A stretch of 64,000 nucleotides of DNA from the human T2T-CHM13v2.0 reference genome, Homo sapiens (GCF_009914755.1 NC_060942.1), one strand, 5' to 3'. Positions 1 through 11,151 are shown, numbered from the stretch's first letter. Notes: a model not told the origin generated them from the letters alone. Made by a program: numbers and translations.

Positions 1-145
1 AGGTGTAGCGGCTACAGCTCGTTTTCCAGCTTTGCATCCTAGAATTAGTAAATAACATGAGACAAACATGAGTATAATCAGTAATATTCTTTTCGAATCA
101 AAGAGTGGTCCCCAGGAGTGGAGGTCTATCCAGGAGAGGATAGAC
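1..145 (-). pseudogene. env: env TM membrane-anchor/cytoplasmic-tail remnant
   Basis: My translation reads ILSWIDLHSWGPLFDSKRILLIILMFVSCYLLILGCKAGKRAVAATP: a Trp-rich membrane-proximal segment plus a hydrophobic span, where RT homology stops abruptly. Confidence 0.6.
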
Positions 146-1044
146 TCTTTTTGCAGTGGCAGTTAAATATTGAGGGGAGTTCAGGGCTGCATTGTCCTTT
201 TGTATAGAAAACAGGTTTTGTAACTTGTCAGTAGTTATGCCCAAGGTGGGGTGAAGCCAGTTAATATCGCCGAGTAATTTTTGATAATCATTTAAGGTGT
301 GTAAGTTGTTAGTATTTAATTTAACCTTCTGAGGTCTTACTGACTGGGAAGTTAGTATGTATCCAAGATATTTCCAAGGAGAGGACATCTGTACTTTTTC
401 AGGTGCTATGATTAAACCTCTTAACTGTGAATTCTTTTTGACAGAGGCATATAGACGCAAAAGTGTTGGCTCTGTTGGGGCTGCCAGTAAGACATCGTCC
501 ATAAAATGGATGATCTTGCAATTAGGAAATTCTTTTCTACTGGGAATCAAAACCTGATTTCTATGATACACATAGTAGGACTGTTCAGCGTTCCTTGAGG
601 AGTACTTTCTAATGAAATCGGCAAGCTGGCCTTTCATTATTGATAGCTGGTATTGCAAGCGCAAATTTTTCTCTGTCCTGTTTTGCAAGGGGAATAGTAT
701 AAAAACAGTCTTTTAAGTCAATAATGACTATAGACCAATCTGGAGGAATCGCCGTGGGGAAGGGAGCCCCTGTTGAAAGGGCCGCATGCGTTGCAAATTA
801 GCACTGATAGCATGTAGGCCGTGCAAAAATCTCCATTTACTAGACCTTTTGGGAATGATGAAAATGGGCGAATTCCAAGGGCTGTTTGATGGTTCTATAT
901 GGCTGGCTTTTAATTGTTCCTCAACTAATTCATGGGCTCTTTGTAATTTCTCTCCCTTTAAAGGCTACTGTTCTACCCAAATAGGATTTTGAGAGAGCTA
1001 CATCAGGGGTAGGGGAGGAATAACAACAGTGGCCATTATTAGAA
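146..1044 (-). pseudogene. pol: Reverse transcriptase remnant (fingers/palm/thumb), frameshifted, truncated before RNase H and integrase
   Basis: PWNSPIFIIPK in the N-terminal frame; ORF 98..688 has IIHFMDDVLLAA, APEKVQ, PWKYLG and LNDYQKLLGDINWL. Confidence 0.88.
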
Positions 1045-1134
1045 GGGGGTCTGCAGAGTGACCCCCCCATTTGGCTAATAGGTCCCATCCCCAAAGATTA
1101 ACAGGGATGGGCATGATTAGAGGTTGTATAATAA
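1045..1134 (-). pseudogene. pro: Protease C-terminal remnant
   Basis: IIQPLIMPIPVNLWGWDLLAKWG is the retroviral protease NLWGRDLL motif; the dUTPase and DTG active-site regions are absent. Confidence 0.8.
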
Positions 1135-1949
1135 CATAAGGACCCCTTCCCTGGAGCATTGCAGCTGTTATGTTTTGCCTGGCCAATTGATTTTGGTTGG
1201 CTTGTTGTCCACACAATTTATCAAATTCTGCTTTCCAGAGGAGGTACTGACTGGCTTCTAAAGTTGTTTTAGCTAATACTGACCAGTCCCATGGGGTTAT
1301 ATGGAAACTGTCTGCCATGGCCTCGATTAATCCTTTCATATATGGGCTAGCGGCTCCGTTTTCTCTAATGCTTTTCCTTATCTCTTTATAAGTGTCAAAA
1401 GTAATGGGTTCATATACCCAATCGCCTTGTTGATCTTGCATCACCGGGCAGGCCAAGAGCTCCCCTTCTAATGCCACTCGCCTAAGACAGGGTCCCATAA
1501 CTGTAGTGTATCCCTTGTCTTTTTTCCAATTTATTTGGGGAGGGGGGCTCCAGAGAAACCTCTGTTTCCTCTTTTATATCTTTACCCAGTAATGGCAGGG
1601 CTGAGGGAGGAGGAGGAGGCAGTAAGGTAGGTGATGCTTCCTCTTCCCTTCCCTTTTTAGGCTCTTCTGTGTAGAGCGGGGCCAAAGCAGCCCTAACTAA
1701 TGCCCATAACATTAAAGATGTTACTGGGACCTGTTGCCCTTGTGCATGATGTTGTTTAAGATTTCTCCACACTTGTTCCCAGAGTTCTAGGTCTAGCGTG
1801 CCTTCTTCTGGGAACCATGGGTTATTGGAAACAACAGTTTGCATTAGGTCCCTTAATTGAACCTGCGAAACTGAGGCTCCACTAGCTTTAAGCAGCTATT
1901 TCAATACTTTTATATACTGTTTCTGTCAAGTGGGTAACTGTTGTCCCAT
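1135..1949 (-). pseudogene. gag: HML-5 gag remnant (MA plus N-terminal CA) with stops and a frameshift
   Basis: ATG at 1949 (MGQQLPT*QKQYIKVLK*); ORFs 1482..1844 and 998..1498 give betaretroviral MA and CA-like peptides. Confidence 0.85.
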
Positions 1950-2072
1950 GATGAAACCCTAGCTTGAAAATTTCCCCGAACATGGAAAGCCCGACTGGGC
2001 ATCAATGACTTACGGACGGCGCAGACTCTTCACCCTCATTTTTGAGGGTTCCATTGCAATCCGTTGTAGTGT

Positions 2073-2090
2073 TTCTCACAGCAGGCACCA
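2073..2090 (-). other. Primer-binding site, tRNA-Met type
   Basis: TGGTGCCTGCTGTGAGAA begins 2 nt after the LTR end; 14/18 match to TGGTGCCCCGTGTGAGGA, the complement of the tRNA-Met 3' end, which is typical of HML-5. Confidence 0.75.
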
Positions 2091-2092
2091 GC

Positions 2093-2553
2093 TGCCAGGT
2101 CTGTCCCACACACCCTGGCTGAGCGATGGATGAAAGGAGTACTCAGACACAGGTATGCAGTGTAAGAGCTGCTAAGGGACTTGCCCGCACTAGGGGCTGA
2201 AGAGAGAGCAGACTTGATAAGCTAGCACTGCATGGTTTTATTTAGTACAGACATAATGCCGAAAGCCTGGAGCAAACACAATCTGCAGGTAATTAACATT
2301 ATTGTTCCCCCTTACAGGGAGCAGTCGTGCGTGGATGGTCAAAGGTGGGTTTCTGGACAACATGGGTAAACAAGCCTATTGAGATAAATTCCCCTGTTAT
2401 TTCCTTGTACCTGTGTCTCACCCTCTGCCCCAGGGTAAGAGAACAGCTGCCTTCAGCTTATTGTCCCCTGAAACTTTGCAGAGCCTTCTGACCTTTCAAA
2501 AGGCCTGCTTCTTTCCCTATAGCTTCTTCCACCACTCTGACAGATCTGCCACA
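2093..2553 (-). mobile_element. 5' LTR (LTR22 family, ~461 bp)
   Basis: TG...CA termini on the minus strand (tgtggcagatctgtcagagtggtgg...gacctggca), AATAAA on the minus strand near 2240, directly followed by the PBS; similar to the LTR22 consensus as I recall it. Confidence 0.82.
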
Positions 2554-2877
2554 CCTCTTTTGAGTTCCCACAGAGGTAATACATGCCACACCACAGTGGA
2601 ATCACCTGCTTGAGTATCAGTGTCCTCTCCAGGCTGAGCTCACTGGCTTTTAGCTCTGAATCCACAGCACTCAGCATATGACTTTAGCTGGCACAAATCC
2701 GATGTCCGTAGGTATTTGTTAAATGAATGAATAAATGAATAACTGATTATCTTTAATGAATCAAGTCTTGCCAACTAACTCACCTCTGGTGAAACGCATT
2801 ATGCAACAGTGTTAAACAAACTAAATGCAAAATGCCAAAGTTTCGCATTACAACAGATCTCTTCATTTGTCCGACTA

Positions 2878-2889
2878 GAAATCGAAACT
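2878..2889. promoter_or_regulatory. ISRE consensus match
   Basis: GAAATCGAAACT fits GAAANNGAAACT exactly; motif only, no functional evidence. Confidence 0.35.
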
Positions 2890-4901
2890 AGAAGGTGAAG
2901 TCACCAGGAAATGTTTGCATGATTATAGAGCCTTTGTCAAGTTCCAGTCATGGTTGAGCGGAGAATGCAGATTGTGAGCAGGATTTCCAGTTCAAAGAAA
3001 AACCTGGATTTTCTGGAGTAAAAACGTAACTATAATTGGAACTCACCTAGTAGAACTTATTTACGCACTACACACAATTAAAATTGCCAAGTCAGCCTAC
3101 TTCCAATTAGGAAGGGGATCTTCTTACCCCATCTTTCTACTTCATTTTAGATGAACTGTCTTCTCAACTCATGCTGATAATTTTTTTCAATTTGTTTACT
3201 TACCTATAACTTCTCAAAGAAATGACAGCTTCTGACTTAGTAAATGTTTAAAGTGAAACTAAACGGACAAAAAGTCATGAAAGGTGACCATGGTTGTCAG
3301 TGAACCTCCATTTTGCCACAATTCTGCAAATCTGTTAAATGAGAAAATGGGGCTAGATAATTTCTGTGTTCTCATACATATTACACTTCAATTAAACAAG
3401 AAATAATTGAGTCATTCCACGAATCGATAGGCTGGAGGAATGCTTTTAAGTAGGAAGCTGACAAGTAAGCTATAAGTTTGCTTTCTTTTTTCCTTTTCAG
3501 TAGGAGGTAGGATACCTTTACTCAAACAATGTTTTGGGGCTAAGAAAAACTGTACCTGAGAGATGTTGGGAGGAACAACACAGCACTGAAAGTGGTTTTG
3601 GTGGTTGCCACTAGAGTTTCCTAATAATTTTACCAAGTGGTTTGAACTTTTGCCAAAACAAATGATTCATCTTCTTCTCTTTGGGAATTGTAATATATGT
3701 CAACAGTAACACACTAGTATGTTAATGGAAGAAATTTTATATGGATTACAGAGTCATTTTCTTGTGAGGAAGGCTCATAAGAAAGAAATTAGATATTTTT
3801 TCAGTCAAATGTTGGCACGGTTAATATTATTGTTTTATATAAATATATACTCCGAAAGGCGTAGCATACAATGGGAAATCATAATTACTGAATTGAATTC
3901 ACTGCTGGATAGATGTATCATAGTTAACTTAGTGTTAAGTCCAATATTTCTTGAAATCTGCAACTATAAAAGGCATCAAAGTAACAAATATTTCTAGAGT
4001 TGGGATTATGAAATTGGTTGCTACGGGTTGGAAGGAAAATACAGGACATAATCCTACATGTGCTAAACAACTTCACATCTAAACAATGAGTAGTACAAAT
4101 ATTTTTAACTCTCCATTAACCTGAGCTTTCCACTTATCATCACCTGTCTAGCTTTCTGATGGTAAGTCAAAATATTTTACAATGATTTTTACTTTACTTG
4201 TATTAAGGTTAAAATAGCCATAATTTCATAGGGAAATGCATTTTTAATATATGAACTTGCTGCATGATTAAATAGCTTAGGTACTTTATTAAATTGCTTT
4301 TCTATTTCAACCATTTGAGAGAGGCTATTTTTTTCAGAATGCAGATTCAATGCTGCATTCCCACAGTATTTGCTATGCAAACATAACCAGGTAGAAGATA
4401 GAATACGTGATTTCTGAGAACAATTTCCTGACAGTTCTTCAGGATTTAGCTAAGTTCTTACATGATAGTTCCAAATTGAACATAGTTTTCACAGCCTAAA
4501 CAGAAAACTTCTTAAGAAACAGCTGGTTTATTACCAGTTTATTATGAGTGGTGCCACATGCAAGGCATACAGTAGAACACTACTGCTTTTCCTAGATTTT
4601 CTTCTAGAGGAGCAGCAGAGTGTATCTGTTCCTATAATCCCCCGTGTAAACCACATAGGAATGATCCTAGAGTTGAGAGGAAGGACTGTTTTCTCTAACA
4701 GTTGAAATAAGATCACAATGCAATACCATCTTACCTTTACGAGAATGGCCATAATTTAAAAAATAAAAAATAATAGATGTTTGCATGGATATGGTGAAAA
4801 GGGGACATTTTACATTGCTGGTAGGAAGGAAAACAGTATGGGGATTCCTTAAAGAACTAAAAGTAGAACTACCATTCAATCCAGCAATCCCACTACTGGT
4901 A

Positions 4902-5968
4902 CCCACTGGGCCAAGTGGGAATGTCTTGGGGGTTGAACTCCCTGCAAAGTGCAGTTTGCATTTTGGAATGGGGAACTACAGGAACTACAGGGAACCTCCA
5001 GCAAAATTAGTTTAAAAAGGCTCATCCAGGAAATGCATGTAAGAGCTGGTCACTCTGTATTTCGAGCCCTCTTAAAGGTGCTAGCCCTTCAGAGAGAGAA
5101 AGAGGGCATAAATGACTTGGTGGTGACACGCTGTGGAGTCCCACCTACAATCAGCACACTTCTCTCCACTACACTAAACCCTAGGCCACAGCTCAGTTTC
5201 TCCTTTTATGAAAAAAATGTGGGAAATGAATCATCTAAGAATGAGGAAGAACAAGGAGAAGGACCCCCTTTTGGGCACCTCGTTGGTTTTATGGTGCCTC
5301 TACTTGCAAGTGTTTGTGTAAAATGGAAAAGGTCGAGGGCATGCCAGGTTCTCTAGTACTTCAGCTGGTTGCATATTACAGTCATTTTGTGCACATTTTA
5401 AACTGATGGGCAAATTACATCAAGGAAAAATTCAGAGCCCAGAGGTTGACCTGCAGCTAAAGAGTTCCTAAGTTGTCTATTTCTCTATTTTCTTTTCTGC
5501 TTGCTTTAAATCTGCTGTTACTTTTCTACTGAGATAAAACCCACTATTTGGGTGCAACTTTTAATTTTTGTTATTGTTTTTATAAACCAGTGAGTTTGTA
5601 TTACTATCCCATGCCTAGCACTCTAAAGTAAAAGCTATAGGATCTTTGTTTCTGTGGGCATGTATATGTGTATTTATGTTTACATACATATATTTTGTTG
5701 TGTGCTTTGGCCACAAGGTACCAAATTGACTTAAAGAATACTCATAAAACTAAATAATAAGCCCAAATGCTTTTCAAGTTCATGTGACTTAAGTAAAATC
5801 TTTAATAAATAAGCTGGCTTTAAAATTATTGGTAAAGTCATGTTAGAAATGTCTTAAGAACTGTCAGCATTTTTGTTTCCATTTATTGATCAAGTGGTTT
5901 CGTACTTATCCCTGCCAAATACTCTAAGTTATCAAAATTTGCCATAAGGGCTATAGAAGTATAAACCC
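4902..5968 (+). mobile_element. ERV1 (MER4/MER41-group-like) internal fragment without LTR
   Basis: Non-L1 block splitting the L1; contains ctccagcaaaattagtttaaaaaggctcatccaggaaatgc and ttttcaagttcatgtgacttaagtaaaatctttaataaataagctggctttaaaattattggtaaa, which I recognise from MER4-group internal sequences. Confidence 0.65.
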
Positions 5969-6247
5969 ATCTAGCAATTCTACTACTAGGTATCTACCCA
6001 GAGGAAAAAAAGTCATTATACACAAAAGACACTTGCATATGCATGTTTATAGCAGCATAATTCACAATTACAAAAATATGAACCAGCCCAAATGCCCATC
6101 AATCAATGAGTGGATAAAGAAATTGTTATATATATCTATATATAACTATATAGATATAACTATACATAGTTTTATATATATACACACACACACACATATA
6201 TATATATACACACACGCATATGTGTACACGAAATGTATATATATACA

Positions 6248-6457
6248 TTTCTTGGTTCCCAACCAGGAAGCAAGGTGATTAACGGACGGTCGAGGCAGCC
6301 CCTTAGGCAGCTTATGCCTGCCCTGTAGAGCATCTCTGCAGGGGACTCTGGCCAGGTTGAGCTATGCGGATCCTAAGAGCACTTCCTAAGAGCGCTCCCA
6401 GATAGGTATTTGCCCCGGTGGAATTCCTCGTCAGAGTAGTGCACAGCAGGCCCCCGT
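6248..6457 (+). mobile_element. ERV1 5' leader fragment starting at a tRNA-Glu-type PBS, no LTR
   Basis: tttct-TGGTTCCCAACCAGGAA is ~15/18 identical to TGGTTCCCTGACCGGGAA (tRNA-Glu PBS); GC-rich leader aacggacggtcgaggcagcccc follows; embedded in a TA/CA microsatellite. Confidence 0.68.
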
Positions 6458-6499
6458 TATAGTTATATATATAAAACTATACACACACACACACACACA

Positions 6500-6887
6500 C
6501 ACCATGTAATACTACTCAGCCATAAAAAGGAATGAAATAATGGCATTCGCAGCAACTTGGATGGAGTTGGAGATCATTATTCTAAGTGAAGTCACTCAGG
6601 AATGGAAAACCAAATATTGTATGTTCTCACTTATAAGTGGGAGCTATATATATATATATATAGTCATATATATAGTCATATATATAGTCATATATATAGT
6701 CATATATATATATAACTATACACACAGACACACACACATACACCGTGTAATACTACTCAGCCACAAAAAGGAATGAAATAATGGCATTCGCAGCAACTTG
6801 GATGGAGTTGGAGATAATTATTCTAAGTGAAGTCACTCAGGAACGGAAAACCAAATATTGTATGTTCTCACTTATAAGTGGGAGCTA
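6500..6887 (+). repeat. Tandem duplication (period 241 bp) of an L1 segment with adjacent TA/CA microsatellite
   Basis: 6500-6646 and 6741-6887 are 147-bp copies with 4 mismatches. Confidence 0.95.
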
Positions 6888-7949
6888 AGCTATGAGGACG
6901 CAAAGGCATAAGAATGATATAATGCACTTTGGGTACTTGGGGGGAAGGGAGGGAGGGGGATGAGGAATAAAAGACTACACATGGGGTACAGTGTACACTG
7001 CTCAGGTGATGGATGCACAAAAATCTCAGAAATCACCACTAAAGAACTTATCCATATAACAAAAACCACCTATCCCCCCAAAACTATTGAAATTTTAAAA
7101 AAAGGAAAATGATGACGTGACAAAACCAGTTCACTCAGTCTTATCACTGGAAGTTCTATACCTTTCTTATTCTATACTCCCTTCTATAGCTAGGTTATAC
7201 GAACTAGACTTCCAACAGAGCAAGAAAAATCTGCAAAACAGCTGGCCAAGAGATTCTGTTTTTTTTTTTAAATGAAATATGTCTCATTTGTTTTTCAGTT
7301 TTCACCCCTGGGCAAGTTGAATAATCTGTAAAGACTGGCAATAAAACCAAAGTTCAGAGAGGTTAGCAATTATGCATATTGACCACGTTGGAACTATAAG
7401 CTGACTGTGGTTATTGTTCTAAAGTTGAGACTTACAAATATTTAATCCCCAGTGCCAAGCTCATAATACATGGTTAGGAAATGTTTGCTGAACATGCTGA
7501 ATTAGACCTTGACTCATTCTGTCAACATCTTGTTATTAATATTTGGAGCCCTGGGACATCAGGCCTCGGCTTGTAAGTCCCTGAAATTGCTTTTACCAGA
7601 TGCTCCTCAGAACCTTGAGCTGGAAACTCCACTTGCCCTACGAGCCAAGTGAAGCCTTCTCATCACCAATCCTTGACCCAGCTCCCATCCTCGTCTTGTT
7701 CTCTACTTCCTCTTTCTTAGTTCACCCTTCAATTCTTCCCTTCTTCCTAATCTTTCCCTCTGTGCCCTATGGGATCCCTATTACCAAGTAAACAAACCCT
7801 CCTATGTCTTCAGTCTCTTTAAACTATGAGTCCACCATCTTTTTGCCATAATGGGAGCTGTCTTTTTCCATAGCATGTTTCCTTTTGTCTTCTTTAGTGA
7901 CTATTTCATATTTTGGTCAGATTGAGGCTGGCAGTGGGAGGTAAGGGAA

Positions 7950-8420
7950 AGGTGAACTTTCTAGTTTCCCATTGTTGCTGGCAAACTGTAACCTATCTTT
8001 CCTCATTAAAATACACATGATTTGGAGCTCTTGCTGTTTGGTTCTTCCACCACCTATCCTTCCTTGTTATCATCATCATTCAGCTCCCAGGCACTTCATT
8101 TGACACCTGCTCAGTCCTTTTCCCTACTCAACTCTTGCTGTCATCGCAATTCTTTTAACAACTTTAATACCAGTGACTATCACTTTATGTACTTCGTGAC
8201 CATCTAGTCTCCAATAACCCATACCCCCACACTAGACCTTGTCATCTCTAGGAATAGCTCCCCCATTAAAAGTTTAAGTTTTAATTTTGTACTCTGATCA
8301 CAAATACCTCCTTTTCTGGATATCCTTTCTCCTGATTTCCATTATGCTTTTTCTTAGACATCCATGAGATCACAAATCCTCTAAATTTTTTCCCCAAAAC
8401 TCATACTATTTCAGGCATGA
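7950..8420 (+). mobile_element. L2 remnant
   Basis: Pyrimidine-rich degenerate sequence containing cacactagaccttgtcatc (HTLDLVI, L2 endonuclease motif). Confidence 0.5.
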
Positions 8421-8654
8421 ATCCTGCCCTCCCATGCACCACTTCATGGTCGGCACATTGAGTGCCAAGGGTCACATTCCTGAACTGGACAGGCACGAGT
8501 CAGTTGACTGAATTTCAGCTGACCAAAATCCAAGTCGCTCAAATCCAGTTTGCCAAGTGACCAATTCATAAAAGGACAATTCATTCCAGTTTTTCAAAAT
8601 TATTTTTGACAGTGTTCTTGTCTCTGTTTCTGGAAAAAAATTCCTTTATCTTCG

Positions 8655-9022
8655 TGCTATAGACTGAAAATCTGTGTCCCCCACAAAATTCATATGCTGA
8701 ACCCCTAAACCCCTAATGTGATGGTATTAGGAGTTGGGGCCTTAGGGAGGTTATTAGGTGATAAAGGCAGAGCCCTCATGAGTGAGATTCATGCCCTTAT
8801 AAAAGAGACCCCAGAGACCTCCTTCACCCCTTCCATTATGTGAGGAAACAGCAAGAAGACAGCCATTTCTGAACCAGGAAGCAGGTCCTCACCAGACTCT
8901 GCATCTGCCAGTGGCTTGATCTTGGACTTCTCAGCCCCTGGAATTGTGAGAAATAAATTTCTGTTATTTATAAGCCACCTAGTCTATGGTATTTGTTATA
9001 GCAGCCTGCATGGACTAAGACA
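8655..9022 (+). mobile_element. MLT1A-type MaLR solo LTR
   Basis: tgctatagactgaa...gtgagaaataaatttctgtt...ttgttatagcagcc...gactaagaca. Confidence 0.85.
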
Positions 9023-9630
9023 CTGTCCCTCTCCTTTGTCTCTGCCCAAACTCTGCATTTGAGTTAGGAAATTTGCTTCTGTTGAATTGGTAATTTAGTT
9101 ATTTAGCAAATTGGCTTCACTAAATGTGCTTTTTGATAGAAATAATTCTTTTTTGAATGGTCCTGCTTGCCCAAAGACTACCCACACACTTCTCTCTGGC
9201 ATTTTGGGTCTTCACTCTTGTCTCCTTGGCTTTCTTAAGCCTTGGTCAGCCTCAGTATCCCAGGATGTCTCATGGGGTCAGACTAACCTCTGGTGTCCCT
9301 ATGAAGGATTACCCCAAGTCTTTCTGCAACAAGTGCTCCAATGGTCTCTAGAGTCCACCCAACTATAGCAGTGCAAGTGGCGTGTCTATAGTGACCACCA
9401 CCACACCCAAATTCTGTTTGCTTCAACCACAGCACTGAGGGAGTCACAGTGATTAGACCACACTACATTTTCCACAATATATATCGTCTCTTGCTCTGGG
9501 GGCTTTGGGTACCCTCTACGCCTACTCTATTCCTGGAAAGAGGAATTCTGAAACAACTTATGACATTTAAGAAGATCTTGGTTATTACTGGTGGGTGTTG
9601 ATTTCACCTGTAGGTGTAGCTTTTTTTGAA

Positions 9631-9661
<31 letters not shown>

Positions 9662-10111
9662 CCAGTGAGACCTGAGACTTCTTGTAGTACCTATTTCTCC
9701 CTTTTTTGTGTCTCTTACTCTCATTAAGTCAGAATGGTGGCTAAGCCTCAGGACCCCTGCCACTCTAATATTAAAGCAGTTTACATTGGCTCTGTCCTTC
9801 ATTTCTAGCTCTTTGTGGGCTTTCTTCTTCTCTGGCTCACTGTTCCCTCCCTTTCCCTCTCTTTGCTCTGAAATCTGCCATTTGGTGAGAGCTGTATGAG
9901 TGTTTCTGCCCCAAGCATGGCACACTGATGTTCTAAGAAGAGAACAAGGAGCCCAGGAAAGGCACTGAGAAGGAGTCATTGAAGAGGCAGGAGGGGACGG
10001 GGGACACCTTGGTGTGATGAAACCAAAGGTGGAAGTTATCTGAAAGGAGGAGTCCTCAATATTGTCAAGTCATCAAAGATGGCAGGTGCCAATAGGGAAA
10101 AATATATTTAA

Positions 10112-10449
10112 TTGCTTCCAGCTAGCTTCATTCATTTTTCTGCAAAGGACGTGATCCTCAGCAAATTAACGCAGGAACATAAAACCAAACACCGCATGTT
10201 CTCACTTATAGGTGGGAGCTGAACTGAGAGCACATGGACACAGAGAGGGGGATAACATACACTGGGGCCTGTCAGGGGTGGGGTGGGTGGGGAGAGAGAG
10301 CATTAGGAAGAATAGCTAATGCATGCTGGGCTTAATACCTTGCTGATGGGTTGATACATGAAGCAAATCACCATGGTACACATTTACCTATGTAACAAAC
10401 ATGCACATCCTGTATATGTACCCCAGAACCAAAAAGAAAAATTAAAAAA
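10112..10449 (+). mobile_element. Short L1PA (PA10-13-like) 3' end with a ~45-bp 5' inversion, inserted in an L2
   Basis: Forward L1 3' UTR from ~10154 to the A tail; 10112-10156 is antisense L1 (ttccagc..ttcattcat...tgcaaaggacgtgatc). Confidence 0.8.
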
Positions 10450-11111
10450 CATAGTTGGATTTAGCAATGAGGGAGTCATTAAGAAAATAACAGAACATTT
10501 CAGGGACATGTTGGATGGAGAAGCCTGTAACAGGATAGAAGAGTGGGTGGAAGGAGAGGGGGACAAAATGCATTGAACTCTGTTTACAAAACTCCAGACT
10601 GTGAACAGCAGGAAAGAAACAGAGCAATGAAAAGAGGGTGAAGGTCTAAAGTAGTATCTATTTTTGTTTGTTTTCAGACGGCAGAGACTGAATGTGTTTG
10701 TTGGATGAGGGGAGGGAGTGAATTAGAACATTTTTGCATCTATGTGTTATTACGACTTGACTATCATTGAATTCTTTGTACAGAAGATATTGATTCGGAT
10801 CTACCATTCAAAAGCATATTTCATTCATATATTTATTCAATAAACATTGATAAATAATCATTGATTATTTATTATGTGATAAACACTATTATAGACCCCA
10901 CCCCCTCATGGAGCATATAATCTAGTGGTGAAGACAGAATTTTTTTAAAAAATAAGAAAACTCTACAGATTGTCAGTGGAGGATAAGTGCTATGGAGAAG
11001 AGTAAAGTAAATAAATTGAGGGGATTTCAGAGTGGTTAGAGGTGCTATTTAATGCAGGATTGTCAAGAAAGGAAGAGACCTAAATAAAGGAGCAAGCCAC
11101 ATAGACAACTG

Positions 11112-11151
11112 TGGAAAGTGTTCTACTCAGATGGAAAGTGTTCTACTCAGA
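11112..11151. repeat. Perfect 20-bp tandem duplication
   Basis: tggaaagtgttctactcaga occurs twice in tandem. Confidence 0.95.

Larger units (their letters stand above)
1..2553 (-). mobile_element. HERV-K(HML-5)/HERVK22-type betaretroviral provirus, internally deleted; 3' end lies outside the window
   Basis: Minus-strand order: LTR, PBS, gag (MGQQL...NPWFPEEGTLDLELWEQV), protease C-terminus (PVNLWGWDLL), RT (IIHFMDD...PWKYLG...QKLLGDINWL), env-TM-like hydrophobic stretch. LTR resembles LTR22. Confidence 0.88.
4710..7105 (+). mobile_element. L1PB-type 3' end (ORF2 C-terminus and 3' UTR), interrupted by two ERV fragments and a tandem duplication
   Basis: FLKELKVELPFNPAIPLL, QPKCPSINEWIKK, MAFAATWMELEIIILSEVTQEWKTKYCMFSLISGS; 3' UTR gctaagctatgaggacgcaaaggcataagaatg...aaaactattgaaat followed by an A tail. 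Confidence 0.88.

Noticed and set aside
4949-5356. 135-aa ORF as a novel protein
   Set aside because: It lies in the ERV1 internal fragment, has a non-ATG start and shows no recognisable motif.
6130-6890. Repeated units with spacers as a CRISPR-like array
   Set aside because: This is eukaryotic DNA; the pattern is a microsatellite plus a two-copy L1 duplication, with no constant repeat/unique spacer periodicity and no cas genes.
9620-9665. Orphan poly-T (~27 nt) as a retrocopy tail or splice acceptor
   Set aside because: No Alu, L1 or mRNA body, no TSD and no convincing downstream donor; probably simple homopolymer expansion.
10275-10292. G-quadruplex motif ggggtggggtgggtgggg
   Set aside because: Ordinary G-rich tract of the L1 3' UTR.
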